63,985 nt of DNA, filler included, from Octopus bimaculoides (GCF_001194135.2; 4 parts of 3 records of this genome joined end to end with filler, not necessarily neighbours in it), one strand, 5' to 3'; shown: positions 49,822 through 63,378, numbered from the whole stretch's first letter. The notes: a model not told the origin generated them from the sequence alone. Numbers and translations: made by a program.

Positions 49822-51729
49822 TTATTGTCATGTAGTTCAAGTCTCTACTCTGTGTTTGTTACTGTTGTTGTTGTGATTGTTGTGATTGTTGTGCTTGTGT
49901 GTGAGATGGATTGTGTTAGTGGTGTTGTTTGTTGAGGTAGTGTTTCAGGTGTTTGTGGTAGTATTTATTTTTGTCGGCTTCATTTTTCCTCTCTACTGCT
50001 TGTGTGGATGAGGATTGTTCCTGTTTGTCCATAGATTTTTTAAAAAATATTTTTATCTTCCACTCCTCATCGCGATCAGACTCACCGTCAGGAAGTGGAG
50101 CATCTTCGGGCACTGGGAAGCGTTTGGGGGAACTCGGTGACGGTATGGTTGGTATTGGTGCTGTCACTGCTGAATATGCTGATGGTGATCGTATTGCTGC
50201 TGTTGTCGCCCGAGTTCTGATGGCTGTTGCTAGTGTAGGAAGGTGAAGAACCCATCTCTATTTTTCCTTCAATCTAGGGCAGTAGGCTTTCAGATGAGTG
50301 GTAGAGAAGCAAATGTGGCACTTTCCTTTCCTTCCATCCACTCTTACCGGAATAATGCTGCCTCCAAGAAGATGGATCTGGTCTGTGGTGAGATCTACAT
50401 TATTTTAGGTTGTTTGGGGGAAGACTTCTATCGTCATCGTGGACGAGTTCTCATTTTTGGTTTGATAGGCTTCGAGAATTATAGACTTTTCCTCGATGCC
50501 TATCGCTACTGCAGCAATTAGCCGGAAAATGGTTAGTTCTGGCAGCACTTGTTGTATGATTATTTGGGCCAGTCTCCTCGTTTTTGAGGGATTTCAGATA
50601 ATGAGATTTAGCGTCCTCTGTGTGGATCCTCACCTCCACCATCCCGTAGCCTCTTCCTCTCTGTATATATTCCTTTAGATACCAGACGGAACCTAAAGCT
50701 TTTTGTATTTGAGCCTCTGTGACACTTTCTACCCTCCTTAACTTTAATCCGTATCGTATTTTGGATAGTTTCCAGGGGGCTATTTAGCTTGACAGCTANN
50801 NNNNNNNNNNNNNNNNNNNNNNNNNNNNNNNNNNNNNNNNNNNNNNNNNNNNNNNNNNNNNNNNNNNNNNNNNNNNNNNNNNNNNNNNNNNNNNNNNNNN
50901 NNNNNNNNNNNNNNNNNNNNNNNNNNNNNNNNNNNNNNNNNNNNNNNNNNNNNNNNNNNNNNNNNNNNNNNNNNNNNNNNNNNNNNNNNNNNNNNNNNNN
51001 NNNNNNNNNNNNNNNNNNNNNNNNNNNNNNNNNNNNNNNNNNNNNNNNNNNNNNNNNNNNNNNNNNNNNNNNNNNNNNNNNNNNNNNNNNNNNNNNNNNN
51101 NNNNNNNNNNNNNNNNNNNNNNNNNNNNNNNNNNNNNNNNNNNNNNNNNNNNNNNNNNNNNNNNNNNNNNNNNNNNNNNNNNNNNNNNNNNNNNNNNNNN
51201 NNNNNNNNNNNNNNNNNNNNNNNNNNNNNNNNNNNNNNNNNNNNNNNNNNNNNNNNNNNNNNNNNNNNNNNNNNNNNNNNNNNNNNNNNNNNNNNNNNNN
51301 NNNNNNNNNNNNNNNNNNNNNNNNNNNNNNNNNNNNNNNNNNNNNNNNNNNNNNNNNNNNNNNNNNNNNNNNNNNNNNNNNNNNNNNNNNNNNNNNNNNN
51401 NNNNNNNNNNNNNNNNNNNNNNNNNNNNNNNNNNNNNNNNNNNNNNNNNNNNNNNNNNNNNNNNNNNNNNNNNNNNNNNNNNNNNNNNNNNNNNNNNNNN
51501 NNNNNNNNNNNNNNNNNNNNNNNNNNNNNNNNNNNNNNNNNNNNNNNNNNNNNNNNNNNNNNNNNNNNNNNNNNNNNNNNNNNNNNNNNNNNNNNNNNNN
51601 NNNNNNNNNNNNNNNNNNNNNNNNNNNNNNNNNNNNNNNNNNNNNNNNNNNNNNNNNNNNNNNNNNNNNNNNNNNNNNNNNNNNNNNNNNNNNNNNNNNN
51701 NNNNNNNNNNNNNNNNNNNNNNNNNNNNA

Positions 51730-52000
51730 GATAGTGCTCATGGGAACTGCCCATATCCTACGTAAAATACTGTCTATGTGATCTCAAATTTTAAAGCAAA
51801 CACATAATTTTCTTATGGTTTCTTAAACATTCACTTGAACAAAACTGTACAAATCCAAATATATGGTACCCTAGGCATAACACCTACATGAACTTCTAAC
51901 TTGTTGTCTCTTGAGGTCTCTGGATGAGACTTGGATCCAACTTGTACAAATGCAAAACAAAAGTCAAACATAAAATAATAATAATAATAATAATAATAAT
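51730..52000 (+). mobile_element. R4/Dong-like LINE 3' end with a (TAA)n tail
   Basis: IVLMGTAHILRKILSM*, then a 3' UTR, then (TAA)n(TGA)n. Confidence 0.8.
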
Positions 52001-52029
52001 GATGATGATGATGATGATGATGGACTCTC

Positions 52030-52290
52030 CCGTCGAAGACGATGTATGAGTGTTCAGCTTTTGCAGAAGGACCTGCACAAATGATTTGTTTATAGTGATT
52101 AATGTTCGTGCTGCACAATAGCTCACTGCCTCCATCCAGTCGACGTTCCCTGAACAAGTCCACGTGTCATACGTTAAGTGTCTACGTGATCGCAGAGCGA
52201 CGCGAGATGAAGTGTTTTGCTTAAGAACACAACGCACCACCCGGTGTAGTAACTGAAACCATTATCTTGCGATTGGCCAATAGCAACAAC
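52030..52290 (-). mobile_element. V-domain-like SINE, degenerate
   Basis: The reverse complement contains gcgttgtgttcttaagcaaaacacttcatctc, similar to the 37945-38270 core. Confidence 0.55.
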
Positions 52291-52559
52291 ATGAATAGTA
52301 CCAATTACAATAATAGTCTTTCTACCACCAACCGCGACAGTAACGCTGCATTTAATCTTTGCCATGTTATTAAATCACTAATGCCCACAATAACAATATA
52401 AATGACATCGAAAACAATGAATATATAGAAAACAGATTAGAAAGAACTAGCTTAAACTATAGTGCACCTTCCAATTTTACATACTCTAATTTACTTAGCA
52501 GAAAAACTCCTAAACTAAACAGATGAAGTTCAACTTCAAAATTTGGAATAAATGCCCAT

Positions 52560-52775
52560 TACAAGCTCAATGCAGGAGGTTTAATGTAGTTTATAAGCGC
52601 CCGTTCCTTAATAAACTCCAAAAATTCTACCAAGATTTATATTAGAGCTACTGTTAGTTTCAAGTAAGGATACAGACCGATAAAAATAAGTATCAGGCCT
52701 AAAAATTCAAGGTGATGTCCCATCAAGGCGGCAGTCTAATGACTGAAACAAGTAAAAGATAAAAGATAAACTCAT
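52560..52775 (+). mobile_element. SINE family B remnant
   Basis: Tail cagaccgataaaaataagtatcaggc...gcagtctaatgactgaaacaagtaaaagataaaagat. Confidence 0.7.
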
Positions 52776-53059
52776 TTATATATGAAAAACATGTTAAATC
52801 TACTCACTATATTAGGGAAAAGAACATACTACATAATATAGCTTGATCAGTCATTGACTCAGATCCTGCATACCAGGGTTAAAATTCCCTCAGTTGGTTA
52901 TGTTTGAGGGAATCTATACAAATCCTTTCACATGAAGCCTTCTCTACGTGTGTCCATACACGTAGAGTCCATACGTAAATCAGCTACCTCTAATTTTCAC
53001 TAATATATAGGTTGGACATCATGTAAGCTCAATTAAATAAATACACCTACATCATCACC

Positions 53060-53859
53060 GTATTTCGCTTTCTAATAAACGAGAATTTGTCAGAAAGCCT
53101 GCAGGAAAGCGAAATGACCCACGTTACATGACGAAAACAGTGAAGTTTGGGAGTATGAGTCTGATGTTTTGGGGATATATAATAAGTGATGGTTCGTTGA
53201 AATTGACGGTAACTTGAATAGTGCTAAATATGTCTAGTTGCTAAAGGACAACTTGATACCAGACTAGGATGAAGGTGCAACACAACAGAGTCTGGCTGAT
53301 GAAGGTGTTACCGTATTGAAAGTTTTGTCAGCTCAGAGCCCTTACTTAAATATCATCGAGCAAATGTGGACAGAACTAGAGAGAAGAGTTCGTCAGAAGA
53401 ATCCACGCAATCTTGAAATGTTGTGGGAGCTCAGCCACAGAGAATGGCATCTTATACCTGTGAAGATGGTGAAGGAACTGAACGTATCTCTTCTCAGGCG
53501 CATTGAAGCAATTATTTAAGCTAAATGATGCCACACGAAATATTAACAATGTACAGTAAATTCTTGAAATGAACATTATGTAATAAATTTTCATTATAGA
53601 TATTTTTCTGTTTTAAAATACTATATCTGTATGTGAGATGACCGAAAATTTTTGCACAGCTATTTTTTATGGTCGTTTCGCATCTTCCCCTCTCATTCAG
53701 AACCCCTACTATAAAATATGAGGATTAGATACGCAAATGGCTCTAACAGGGCCAATGTTTCATCTGTAAATAACGCAATGCGAAACATCCACTTATAAGT
53801 TGGTAATTAGTAGAAATTTACAATAGTTTAAAGCGACCGAAGACTTTTGCACGGTACTG
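53060..53859 (+). mobile_element. Tc1-like transposon 3' half with an IR/DR-type right TIR
   Basis: Reads TVKFGSMSLMFWG, IDGNLNSAKY, SAQSPYLNIIEQMWTELERRVRQKNPRNLEMLW...RRIEAII. The terminus gaccgaagacttttgcacggtactg|TA is at 53859, with an inner direct repeat gaccgaaaatttttgcacag at 53640-53659. Confidence 0.9.
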
Positions 53860-54671
53860 TATGTTATCTTTATGAAATCTCATTCCAGTTAATAATACAC
53901 CGCATATGTATAAAATATTTTTTATCAATGTATATGGGTGCTTCCGGTGTTAACCAAGACTAGTGTATTTCATTCTAGTTTTTGTCAGCGGTTATTATTC
54001 TGTACCAAAGAAGAAAGAGTTTGCTATTACCAAGCAAAACAGGAACTTGAAGGAAAATATAAATTACACATTTGGAAGAAAATGAAACGAAGATTGAAAG
54101 TGAATTTATAATAGATGATTCTGGAGTTTTATATAATCTAAGCTTTAAGTTTTTAATGTTATAAGGTGCATAAAAGTTTGTTGCAATGTTATTAATTGTA
54201 TACACAGGTATATGCGTGTGTGTATGTATTTCTATTTCTCGATGATTCTTCTATCTATTTACCCCTATATACATTCATTTATCTATCTACATGTTCTGGT
54301 TGCCCTACAACCACAACATCACCCTGAACAGATCAAGCTGCTCACCTTTATCTGCTGATGGCAGAATTGAGGTATCCTGGACGTTATGTAACTCCGTACA
54401 TCCATATTTCCGCCAGCATGTACATTCTATTGCAAATAGGATATTTCTAAAAGCTCATTTCGAATACAAAGGGAGTTTATTCAAAATTTAATTATATTTT
54501 CATTTCAATAACTGTTAAAAGAGATAAACTAAGTCACATAGAATATTATATCTGCACAATAAGGCATCACACTAAAATGCTAATTTTCTTCCTGTTCTAC
54601 TTCCCACTCTCTTTTGCCACTTATATCTTGTGCAATAACAAAGTTGTAACTGCATTAGTTTTGCTAAATCA

Positions 54672-54722
<51 letters not shown>

Positions 54723-54780
54723 NNNNNNNNNNNNNNNNNNNNNNNNNNNNNNNNNNNNNNNNAGAGAGGGAGAGAAAGGA

Positions 54781-54821
<41 letters not shown>

Positions 54822-55297
54822 CATGTGTGTCTCTGTGTGTCTGTGTGTGTTTGTGTGTGTGTAGAAGGAAGAAGCGGAAGAAAGAATATTCAGTATAGCA
54901 CAGGTTCCCAACCGGTGTGCCGCGAGATCAACCGAGGGGTGCTGAGAAATATACATACGTATGTGGTACCATGATTGGTCATTTAGAGTCAAAAATACAT
55001 TTTGATACTATTTTAACTATAAACATTATTGTCATCTTATATTTTGTATTGTTGCCAATTACATTTTTGTATTGTCATCTATTTTATGTTTATTATATTA
55101 ACATTGAGGAAATAAAGAAAATCTTTTATTATCAACTCCAGGGCCATAGTTTTCTTACAGAGATGTTATTATCCAGGGACAAAGTTTTGTTATATTGATG
55201 TTGAATCAAAAAACAACTGTCATATTAGATTTTCTAATATGTCGTGGATTTCTAAAAGGCTTGGCAAGGGTGCCTTGAGACAGAAAAGGTTGGAATG

Positions 55298-55397
55298 CTG
55301 TGCAGTATAGGTTTATTTTTTTGTTCTAGAATTGATGTTAGCGTCCGGCCATCCTTCCCTTTTATTCTAGAACAAAAAAGAAAAATAAACTGCACAG
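55298..55397. repeat. Short fold-back (imperfect ~35-bp arms, ~30-bp spacer)
   Basis: ctgtgcag..gtttatttttttgttctagaat versus attctagaacaaaaaagaaaaataaactgcacag. Confidence 0.75.
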
Positions 55398-55441
55398 TAT
55401 CCCAAATCAAAAATTATGCGCGTTAATGAAGAAAACGGTGA

Positions 55442-56100
55442 ACTATTAAACTAGAAACCGGTGAACTAGAGGATGTAGCCAAGTTTACGTATTTAGGTAA
55501 TAAGATAACATTCTCAGGCGGTACCGACGAAGATATTAAGACGAGAATAAGTAAGGCAAGGGCCGCTTTCCACCTGTTAAAAAAGGTATGGAGCGCAAGT
55601 GCAATTTCAATAAAGAACAAAATAAGAATTTTTAACACTAACGTAAAAGCGGTGTTATTGTATGGGACTGAGACATGGAGAACAACAGTTAAGTCAAATA
55701 AGCAAATACAATCATTCATCAACAGGTACTTGCGTAGTATACTTAAAATCAGATGGCCTGGACAGCTAAGCAATATGGAGCTATGGCAAAGAACGAATCA
55801 AGTTCCGATTAGAGAGCAAATATTTAAGAAAAAGTGGAAGTGGATTGGTAGCACAATTAGAAAGGACACACCAAATGTAGCGAAAAGTGCTTTACAGTGG
55901 AATCCGGATGGATATAGAAAGAGGGGTAGGCCTAAGAACTCCTGGCGTAGATCAACACAAAAGGAACTAGAGAAAGGGGGACATTCATGGCAGAGTATAA
56001 GTACAGAAGCGAGAAATTATGCGACATGGAATTCAATTAAAAGTGGCCTATACTCCGCGTTGGAGGGTTAAAGGCAAGAATAATAAAATAATAAATAATA
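55442..56100 (+). mobile_element. 5'-truncated RTE LINE; the last ~209 codons are uninterrupted
   Basis: Open frame 55442-56071: LEDVAKFTYLG..DIKTRISKARAAF..KIRIFNTNVKAVLLYGTETW..RSILKIRWP..KWKWIG..ALQWNPDGYRKRGRPKNSWRRS. It is followed by a short (TAA/AAAT)-rich tail. Confidence 0.95.
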
Positions 56101-56452
56101 GGTTTATTTAGTTATATAGTTAAGTCTGCCTTAGATTCCATATGTACACCCGAATTATGAGACCTTACTACTAAATCTGATTGAAGTCAACGAATTCGGA
56201 TGGAGTTTTCTCTGACTGGACAGCATAGATCTTACATTAACGGGATGCTATTATTTTTCTTCATGTCATTCCCAAGCAAGAGGTGTAACTCTCATTACTT
56301 CAGTTGTTGTGAGTTCGAGTTTGCATTTTTAAATGAACATATCATACATACAAGCGTATGTTTATTTTTTATACATATTTTTGCGTGACTTGTATTATAT
56401 GTTTGCTATGCTGACATACATCGCACAGGTTAATAGACGCAATATACGCACA

Positions 56453-56513
<61 letters not shown>

Positions 56514-56684
56514 ACACACACATGCACGCACACAATTAGGGAAAGCATGGAAAAAAAGGAGGATATATTTGAGAGTAAGAAATGCATGTATCGATATTAA
56601 TTCTCTAATTTTACAATTTTGTTAAAATACTCTTACTGTTTTACGTCGTTGCAAACCGTAATCAACTGATCGATTATGCGTCTG

Positions 56685-56905
56685 TATATATTGGTTTCAA
56701 ATTTTGACACAATGTTAGTAATTTTAGGGGAGCCGTTAAGTCGATTAAATCGACCCAGTTCTCAGCTGGTACCTACTTCATCGACCCCGAAAGAATGAAA
56801 GGTAAAATCGACCTCGGCAGAATTTGGACTCAAAATGTAAAATTGGACGAAATGCCGCTAAGCATTTTCCCGGTATGCTAACGATTCTGTCAGCTCACCG
56901 CCTTC
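56685..56905 (-). mobile_element. SINE family A
   Basis: Aligns with the other copies. Confidence 0.9.
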
Positions 56906-58149
56906 ACGTCTGTATTTATTAACGTATGTTTTTACACGTCACCACTCTTCCAATATTTTCTATTTGTATGAATGACCTAATTACTCTGAGAGGATATTGA
57001 AATGAAACAAAATACAATCTATATATCTACTGAAGCCATTATGTTGGCCAACCTAACTTTTCCGGATTCCATAATTCACTCAAAAAACTAACTTCTCACG
57101 ATGCCAAGTCAGCTAACAAAGGACTACCCGTACCTTCCATGGGAATGTTTCTAACTTGTCTAAATACCTTACCTGGAAACGAAAAGTACACCTTATCTAA
57201 AATAAATTTAAATGTAATCATAAAACTATTAAAGCTGATTTTGATATCTATTTAAATTCTCTGCTCTACACGAAATTTATTAGCCTATCTATATTTGTGT
57301 AGGTATGGTAGCCAATTAACAATGCTATAATTATATCATGCTATAATTATATCATAAGTTATATAAACAAATTTCTGAACCATACAAACAACATTAAGAG
57401 CAACTTGTTCAAAAATATCTCGTTGGAATTTTCTAGGTTTTCGGCAGTCGAACAGATATTTATGGATTACTCTCCTTATTATAATGAAGTATTAACCCTT
57501 AGAGAAGTTGTATCAAAGTAACTACGGAATTTGTATAGGAAGATGTACAGGTATTATTTGGTAATACTAAGTAATATGGAATTTGAAGCACTTATAGTAT
57601 ATAAGTGTTTATTATATAATATTATTCCACAACTCCAACTGCAAAACATTTCATCTTCGAGTGTAGCTAAATTAGCAAGAACTATGAAGATAGCTATAAT
57701 GTAAATTGTAATTATGTTAATTGAAACAATTGCAGTTTAGAAGGAAATTGCCAAATGATTAACAAATGTGTAGTTGACACCTCCGTTAATAGTAAAACTT
57801 ATGTAAGTTTAACACAGTTTTTAAGGTTCGATAGAATAAATATATCCCTTTCGGCGTACATGCAGAATCTGAAGGATAGAAACATCTGTGATGACAGTTA
57901 AGGACAGATTTTATCAAATACCAAATCTTATAGTAGTAATAAAAGACCTTATCCTTGTAATTTGTATACAATGGAAGGAATGGTTACACTTTTTTTTTTT
58001 TTTACTGAGGATCAATCTCGAATAAGAATTCTGAGCTCATATCAATATTGTAGCATAAAACATACCTACATAACAGTCCAACTATGTTCCCAAATGGATT
58101 TTCACACTTTCAAAGATGGAACTTTAATGAAATGGAACATTGAAGAATG

Positions 58150-58800
58150 AACTTGCAACACTTGATTGTGACTGAGACTTCGTTCCAACAAAAGGGATTT
58201 GAAGAACAGGTCCACTTTATGATTCGTCTGCTCTAAAGGAAGATGGGGAAATTCAGAATAAATTTGCCATCTCTCTTCAGAGTAAATAATTTAAATTCAA
58301 GAGGAAATAATTCACCAAATAAGACATACAACAACTTCAAATTAGTCTGTGAGGAGGCAACTCGAGTTTTTCAGATACGTAAACAGCTACATCATGCAAC
58401 CCTTTTGAAAGATTCAGCAGCAATTCCTAAATATAATGAGAACTACAAAAGAGCATAATTGTTCCTTGCTGAACTCTATGAGAAAGATCATCTTGAATAA
58501 CTACAAAGAAAGATCGCTAATTCAGAAATACAGCTGATAGCAAGAAATCAGCAGTTAGACAGAAGGTAGTAAATGAAATCAGTGAAAGAAGCAAGCGAAA
58601 TACTTGCAGACAAAAGACTAGAAGTAAAAGAGAGAGGATTAAATTATGGAAGAAGCACTTTGAAAATCACTGCAATGATCTAAAAAGTTGTTGAATTGGG
58701 CAACGAGCTTCTGGAGACCTTCAATGCGCTGTACCATAAAATGACAATAGATAGCTGAAAAAAGTTGTATAATACATTCACTACAATTGCAGCCAAACTA
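58150..58800 (+). mobile_element. Highly decayed RTE-like LINE linker region
   Basis: YDSSALKEDGEIQNKFAISLQSK resembles the RTE EN-RT linker; the rest is heavily interrupted. Confidence 0.4.
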
Positions 58801-58942
58801 ACACAACCCTAACTCTAATCAATAAGAATATTGTAAAATATATTTCCCCCAGAACTTGCTCTACAAAATAATTATCATTCAGCGGAGCTCTATCTGCTCC
58901 AGAAAAAAAACTTACCAGAGTCTACTTAAAACCAGGTTGTGC

Positions 58943-58983
<41 letters not shown>

Positions 58984-58994
58984 CACATACATAG

Positions 58995-59027
<33 letters not shown>

Positions 59028-59127
59028 NNNNNNNNNNNNNNNNNNNNNNNNNNNNNNNNNNNNNNNNNNNNTTAATTAATTAANNNNNNNNNNNNNNNNN
59101 NNNNNNNNNNNNNNNNNNNNNNNNNNN

Positions 59128-59204
<77 letters not shown>

Positions 59205-60020
59205 AGATAGTAAGCTGGCTGCTGGTCCATGTTAGCCTGTTTTGATCATGAATGTTACTGCCATCCTGGAGCTTTCTGTTAATGTATCCGTGCAAGGTCT
59301 TCTGCAGATATATACTCGTACTCATTCTTTCATTTGATGATACGTTGTATTCGTTTAGCTTCTAAGAACATGTATTGAAGGTTATCAGAGGAGTTGCTTT
59401 CCAAGTCTCATGTTTTCTGCATCGCGTAGCAAAATTGGTCAAGAGATGCTCTTCGACACTTCGTAGTTAAAAGATGTTACTGAAGGGGTGTGATATGACA
59501 TTTAAAGGTAGTCTGGGTCGATGTTAAGCCCCCGCCTCCTTGTTTTCGTTTTAGGTCGAGGCGATCTACATAGCTGTTGATGTGGAAATTATGTGTGCTG
59601 GTTAGTATCTTCTGGGTTTTCACATCAATGGTTCGGATCTCATCAAGCTTCTAATCAAGTAGCTCAAATGTTGATATGAATACTGGCACTGCAACTGCAA
59701 ACAGATAGTGGGCCACTGTTTTATTGAACGCGGAGAGTTCCGAGGACCATATTTTCCTTATGCGGCAGTAGTACTCTTTACTGACATGTGCCTCATTACA
59801 AGTACCATCGTAAGATATGTTTCCATCCACACCTAAATACCTATAACACTTCTCATCAGATATCGGGGAGACGGTTAAGTGATTAATGGAGATGTTGCTA
59901 GTCTGGTTTACAGGTTTCCCTCTTTTCAAAATCATATAGCGACATTTATCCTGACTAAGCTCCAACCCTGTATCCATTCAGAATACTGTACCAGGTGAAA
60001 GCACTTTTTCATCTCGTTCA
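59205..60020 (-). mobile_element. R4/Dong-like LINE RT-thumb fragment
   Basis: MDTGLELSQDKC...CYRYLGVD...RIRKIWSSELSAFNK...IDVKTQKILT..NFHINS.VDRL.LKRKQGGGGL. Confidence 0.88.
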
Positions 60021-60034
60021 TACGCTTGGCCTCC

Positions 60035-60084
<50 letters not shown>

Positions 60085-60299
60085 CTGTATGTATGTGTGT
60101 ATGTATGTATGTATGTATGTATGTATGTATGTATGTGTGTGTGTTTGTAAGTATATATGTATGTATTGTATGTATGTATGCATGTACGTATGCGTTTTTG
60201 CATGTATGTATATATGTATGTATGCATGTATGTATAAGTGCAGATTTGTATGTTTTGCTTTATATATGTATTCTCATGTATATCTAAACATGCTCATAT

Positions 60300-61845
60300 A
60301 TATTGAAATGATAAACTTCTGGAAAGTTTTACAGCTTTTTACAGATTCAGTGATGGATTGGATCTGTAGTCTTCGATTTAGCTTTCTTCTCTATGGTTTT
60401 GAGAAGCCTAATTTCTCAAGATTAGTATTAAGGCAGTGTGTTACATATCACAGGGCCCCAATAATTGCAGGCATAAACCAATGCTTGTATTCTGGGTAGA
60501 GTAACTGCAGATTTCTCAATAATTCAGCGTAGGTATTCTCTTTTGCGTTGATCTTCACCTTTATATTAACATCTACAACTGTACTCAGTTTCTCTTCTCT
60601 ATCCCAAATCATTATATCAGGTGTGTTGTGCTTACATTTTATTGAGGTCTTCACTGGGACATTCCACCAGTACTTCTTTTTATTATAGTGGCTATGGCTT
60701 CTACCATCCTGTGGGTTCTTATTTCTTTATCCTCGGGGTTATCCTTCCGACGGATAGCTACATCATGTCTCATCGGTAGATAATACCAAGATGACATTTT
60801 CAGACAATTGCTTATGATGTGGGTGATATCTTCGATGTTAACTTCACTAAGTCTGCAGCGATTGTCACATTTTACTGCTTTTCCTGCATCTCTATCCCAT
60901 TTGTGCATCAGGCATTTTGTAGATATTTCTTATTCCTGGATTGCAAACGCATACCCTTCAAAGTGGGAGGTAGTAATCAGGCTATTGGTCCATGATAGAC
61001 TGCTTTCATGATCAATATTACTATCATCTCCGAGCTTTCTCCTAACATGCCCATGCATAGTTTTCTGCTCATATTGGCTCGTTCTTTCATCTGATGATAC
61101 ACTGCGGTAGAGTCGTACGACTTCTTTGGGCAGGTATTCTAGGTTATAAGGCAAGGAATGTTGCTCAAGGAGCTGCCTTCCAAGTCTTATGATATTATCA
61201 GCCTCATGTATGCAGACTAGGTCGAGGGATACACTTTGACACTTGGAGGTTAAAAGATGTTGCCGAAGGGATATGATACGGCATTCAAAGGCATTTTGGA
61301 TCGATGTTAAGCCTCTGCCACCATGTTTTCGTTTTAGATAGAGGCGGTTTATGTGGAAATTATGTGTGTTTGTTGGTATTTTTCAGGTTTTCACATCAAT
61401 GGTTATTTCTTCTATTCGTCTCATGAATATTCTTTGCATAAAATTTCAAGTTATCCACAAAGAAACTGCGTAATTTTGTTATTTCTGTTTCTTTGTGAAC
61501 CAGTGAGATATTCTTCAGACTTCCTTAACATGAATAACAAGGGGTTTACAGAAAGTATAAACAACATCACAGAGAGGCTGTCCCCTTGGAAATATGCCTA
61601 TGCGATACTGTATTCTATCAGTGATAATACAGTCACTCTTTGTGTTTCATTTCAAGGCTTTGACTAAGCTCACTGGAACTTTAGTAAGTTGAAGAGCTTC
61701 TAGCATCCATGAGTTGGGAACAGAGTCAAATGCTTTCTTGTAGTCTAGCCACATTGAAACTAGGTTCCTTGTATGTTCTCCCACCTCTGACATCACAGTT
61801 TTGTTCATTAACAATTGCTCGGCAAAATATTCTGAGTCTTAATAC
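60300..61845 (-). mobile_element. R4/Dong-like LINE (partial RT, CCHC, RLE), internally deleted
   Basis: Pieces read DSVPNSWMLEAL, GIFPRG, LYLKRKHGGRGL, HFEGYAFAIQE, CRLSEVNIEDITHIISNC..MRHD, TPDIMIWDREEK..VDV and IIGALGYV. A (CAA/TAA)n array lies at its 5' side. Confidence 0.92.
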
Positions 61846-61863
61846 AACAACAACAGCAACAAC

Positions 61864-61929
<66 letters not shown>

Positions 61930-61932
<3 letters not shown>

Positions 61933-62145
61933 CCAAACGAAGTTAAAACCGGAAAAAAAGGACAGAAATTATCTGACTGGCAGAAGAGGGCGTTGCTTGG
62001 TAGATTCTCAAAGATAGTTGCAGCAAATAGTAGTAGTGAGAAATGACTATGGTTGCAGAAAGGAAAGCTGAAAAGGGAGACGGCAAGTTTGTTAGTAGCT
62101 GCACAAGATCAAGCATTAAGGACTAATTGGATAAAAGCCAAGTAA
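61930..62145 (+). mobile_element. Fragment of another R4-like LINE following a (TAA)n array
   Basis: WQKRALLG...WLQKGKLKRETASLLVAAQDQALRTNWIKAK. Confidence 0.8.
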
Positions 62146-62174
62146 ATTCCCAATGTAGGGTTAGGATTAGGGTT

Positions 62175-62370
62175 AAGCAGAAACGTTAACACGGCGCGCG
62201 AAATGCTTAGCAGTATTTCGTCTGTCGCTACGTTCAGAGTTCAAAATCCGCCGAGGTCGACTTTGTCTTTCATCCTTTCGGGGTCGATAAATTAAGTACC
62301 AGTGAAACACTGGGGTCGATGTAATCGATTGTCCACCTCCCACAAATTTCAGGCCTTGTGCCTATAGTAG
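62175..62370 (+). mobile_element. SINE family A
   Basis: Aligns with the other copies. Confidence 0.92.
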
Positions 62371-62677
62371 ATTTGCGTAGAATTAGGGTTCAAGAAAACA
62401 AAACAATACAGGGTGGACGTACGAAAATAAACAAATGTAATTTGAAAGATAGACGAAGACGGAATATATAAAGCCTTTCGGCCAAACACGAGAATGATAG
62501 GTAATACCTGGAAGAAATCCTCTAATGGATATGAGAAAAGAGAGAATTAGTAAGAAAAAATGTTGACCGGCACGCTAAGTGTCTGGTGGCGAAAAGGCAG
62601 AGATTAGAAAATTAGTCACGGGTCAAGTGTGGGCAGTAGATAGAAGGGAAGGAGGATGAGAATGAGGGAGAGAGAGC

Positions 62678-62679
<2 letters not shown>

Positions 62680-62737
<58 letters not shown>

Positions 62738-62965
62738 NNNNNNNNNNNNNNNNNNNNNNNNNNNNNNNNNNNNNNNNNNNNTTAATTAATTAANNNNNNN
62801 NNNNNNNNNNNNNNNNNNNNNNNNNNNNNNNNNNNNNTATCTATCTATCTATCTATCTTTCTATCTATCTATCTGTCTGTCTATCTACATGTCTGTCTGT
62901 CTCTCTCTCTCTCTATTTGTCTATCTATCCATCTCTGCATCTGTCTGTCTATCTATCTATGTCTG

Positions 62966-63006
<41 letters not shown>

Positions 63007-63033
63007 ATAACTATCTATCTATCTATCTATCTT

Positions 63034-63072
<39 letters not shown>

Positions 63073-63347
63073 CAGGGTAATTCTATGCATGTGCTCGTGC
63101 GTGCGTGTACCTGCAAATCCGTTATCAAAACAGAAATGCGTATGCATGCATGCATACGTATATCCGCGCCTGTATGTGTATGTGTTTATGCATGTATATA
63201 AGTTTGTATAAATATATATATATATATATATATGCATGTATTCATGTACAATTATACATTTATATTTCACTCGAAAAGCGCACGCACATGTATATTGTAT
63301 CTATGTATGTATATATCTATATATGTATGTATGTATGTATCTACCTG

Positions 63348-63378
<31 letters not shown>

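Larger units (their letters stand above)
48240..50797 (-). mobile_element. L1/Tx1-like LINE 5' part: gag-like ORF1 and APE endonuclease of ORF2, degenerate; no RT seen
   Basis: ORF1 contains VTEAQIQKALGSVW...GRGYGMVEVR and the zinc knuckle CHICFSTTHLKAYC. ORF2 contains RIGRVNIYGL..LLNDFKALNVDVVVISKIR, GGVAMMV..DPEGKSVVLD..AVYAR..GDWNGVLD and DHKFV..GPGYWKLNASL. Confidence 0.85.

Noticed and set aside
50608-51781. The longest ORFs in the track (324-377 aa), and similar ones at 2436, 19224, 22131, 35068 and 39564
   Set aside because: They are open only because N gaps contain no stop codons.
53290-53335. CTGATGA...GAAA...GTC hammerhead-like spacing
   Set aside because: Helices I and II do not pair, and it lies in Tc1 coding sequence; chance match.
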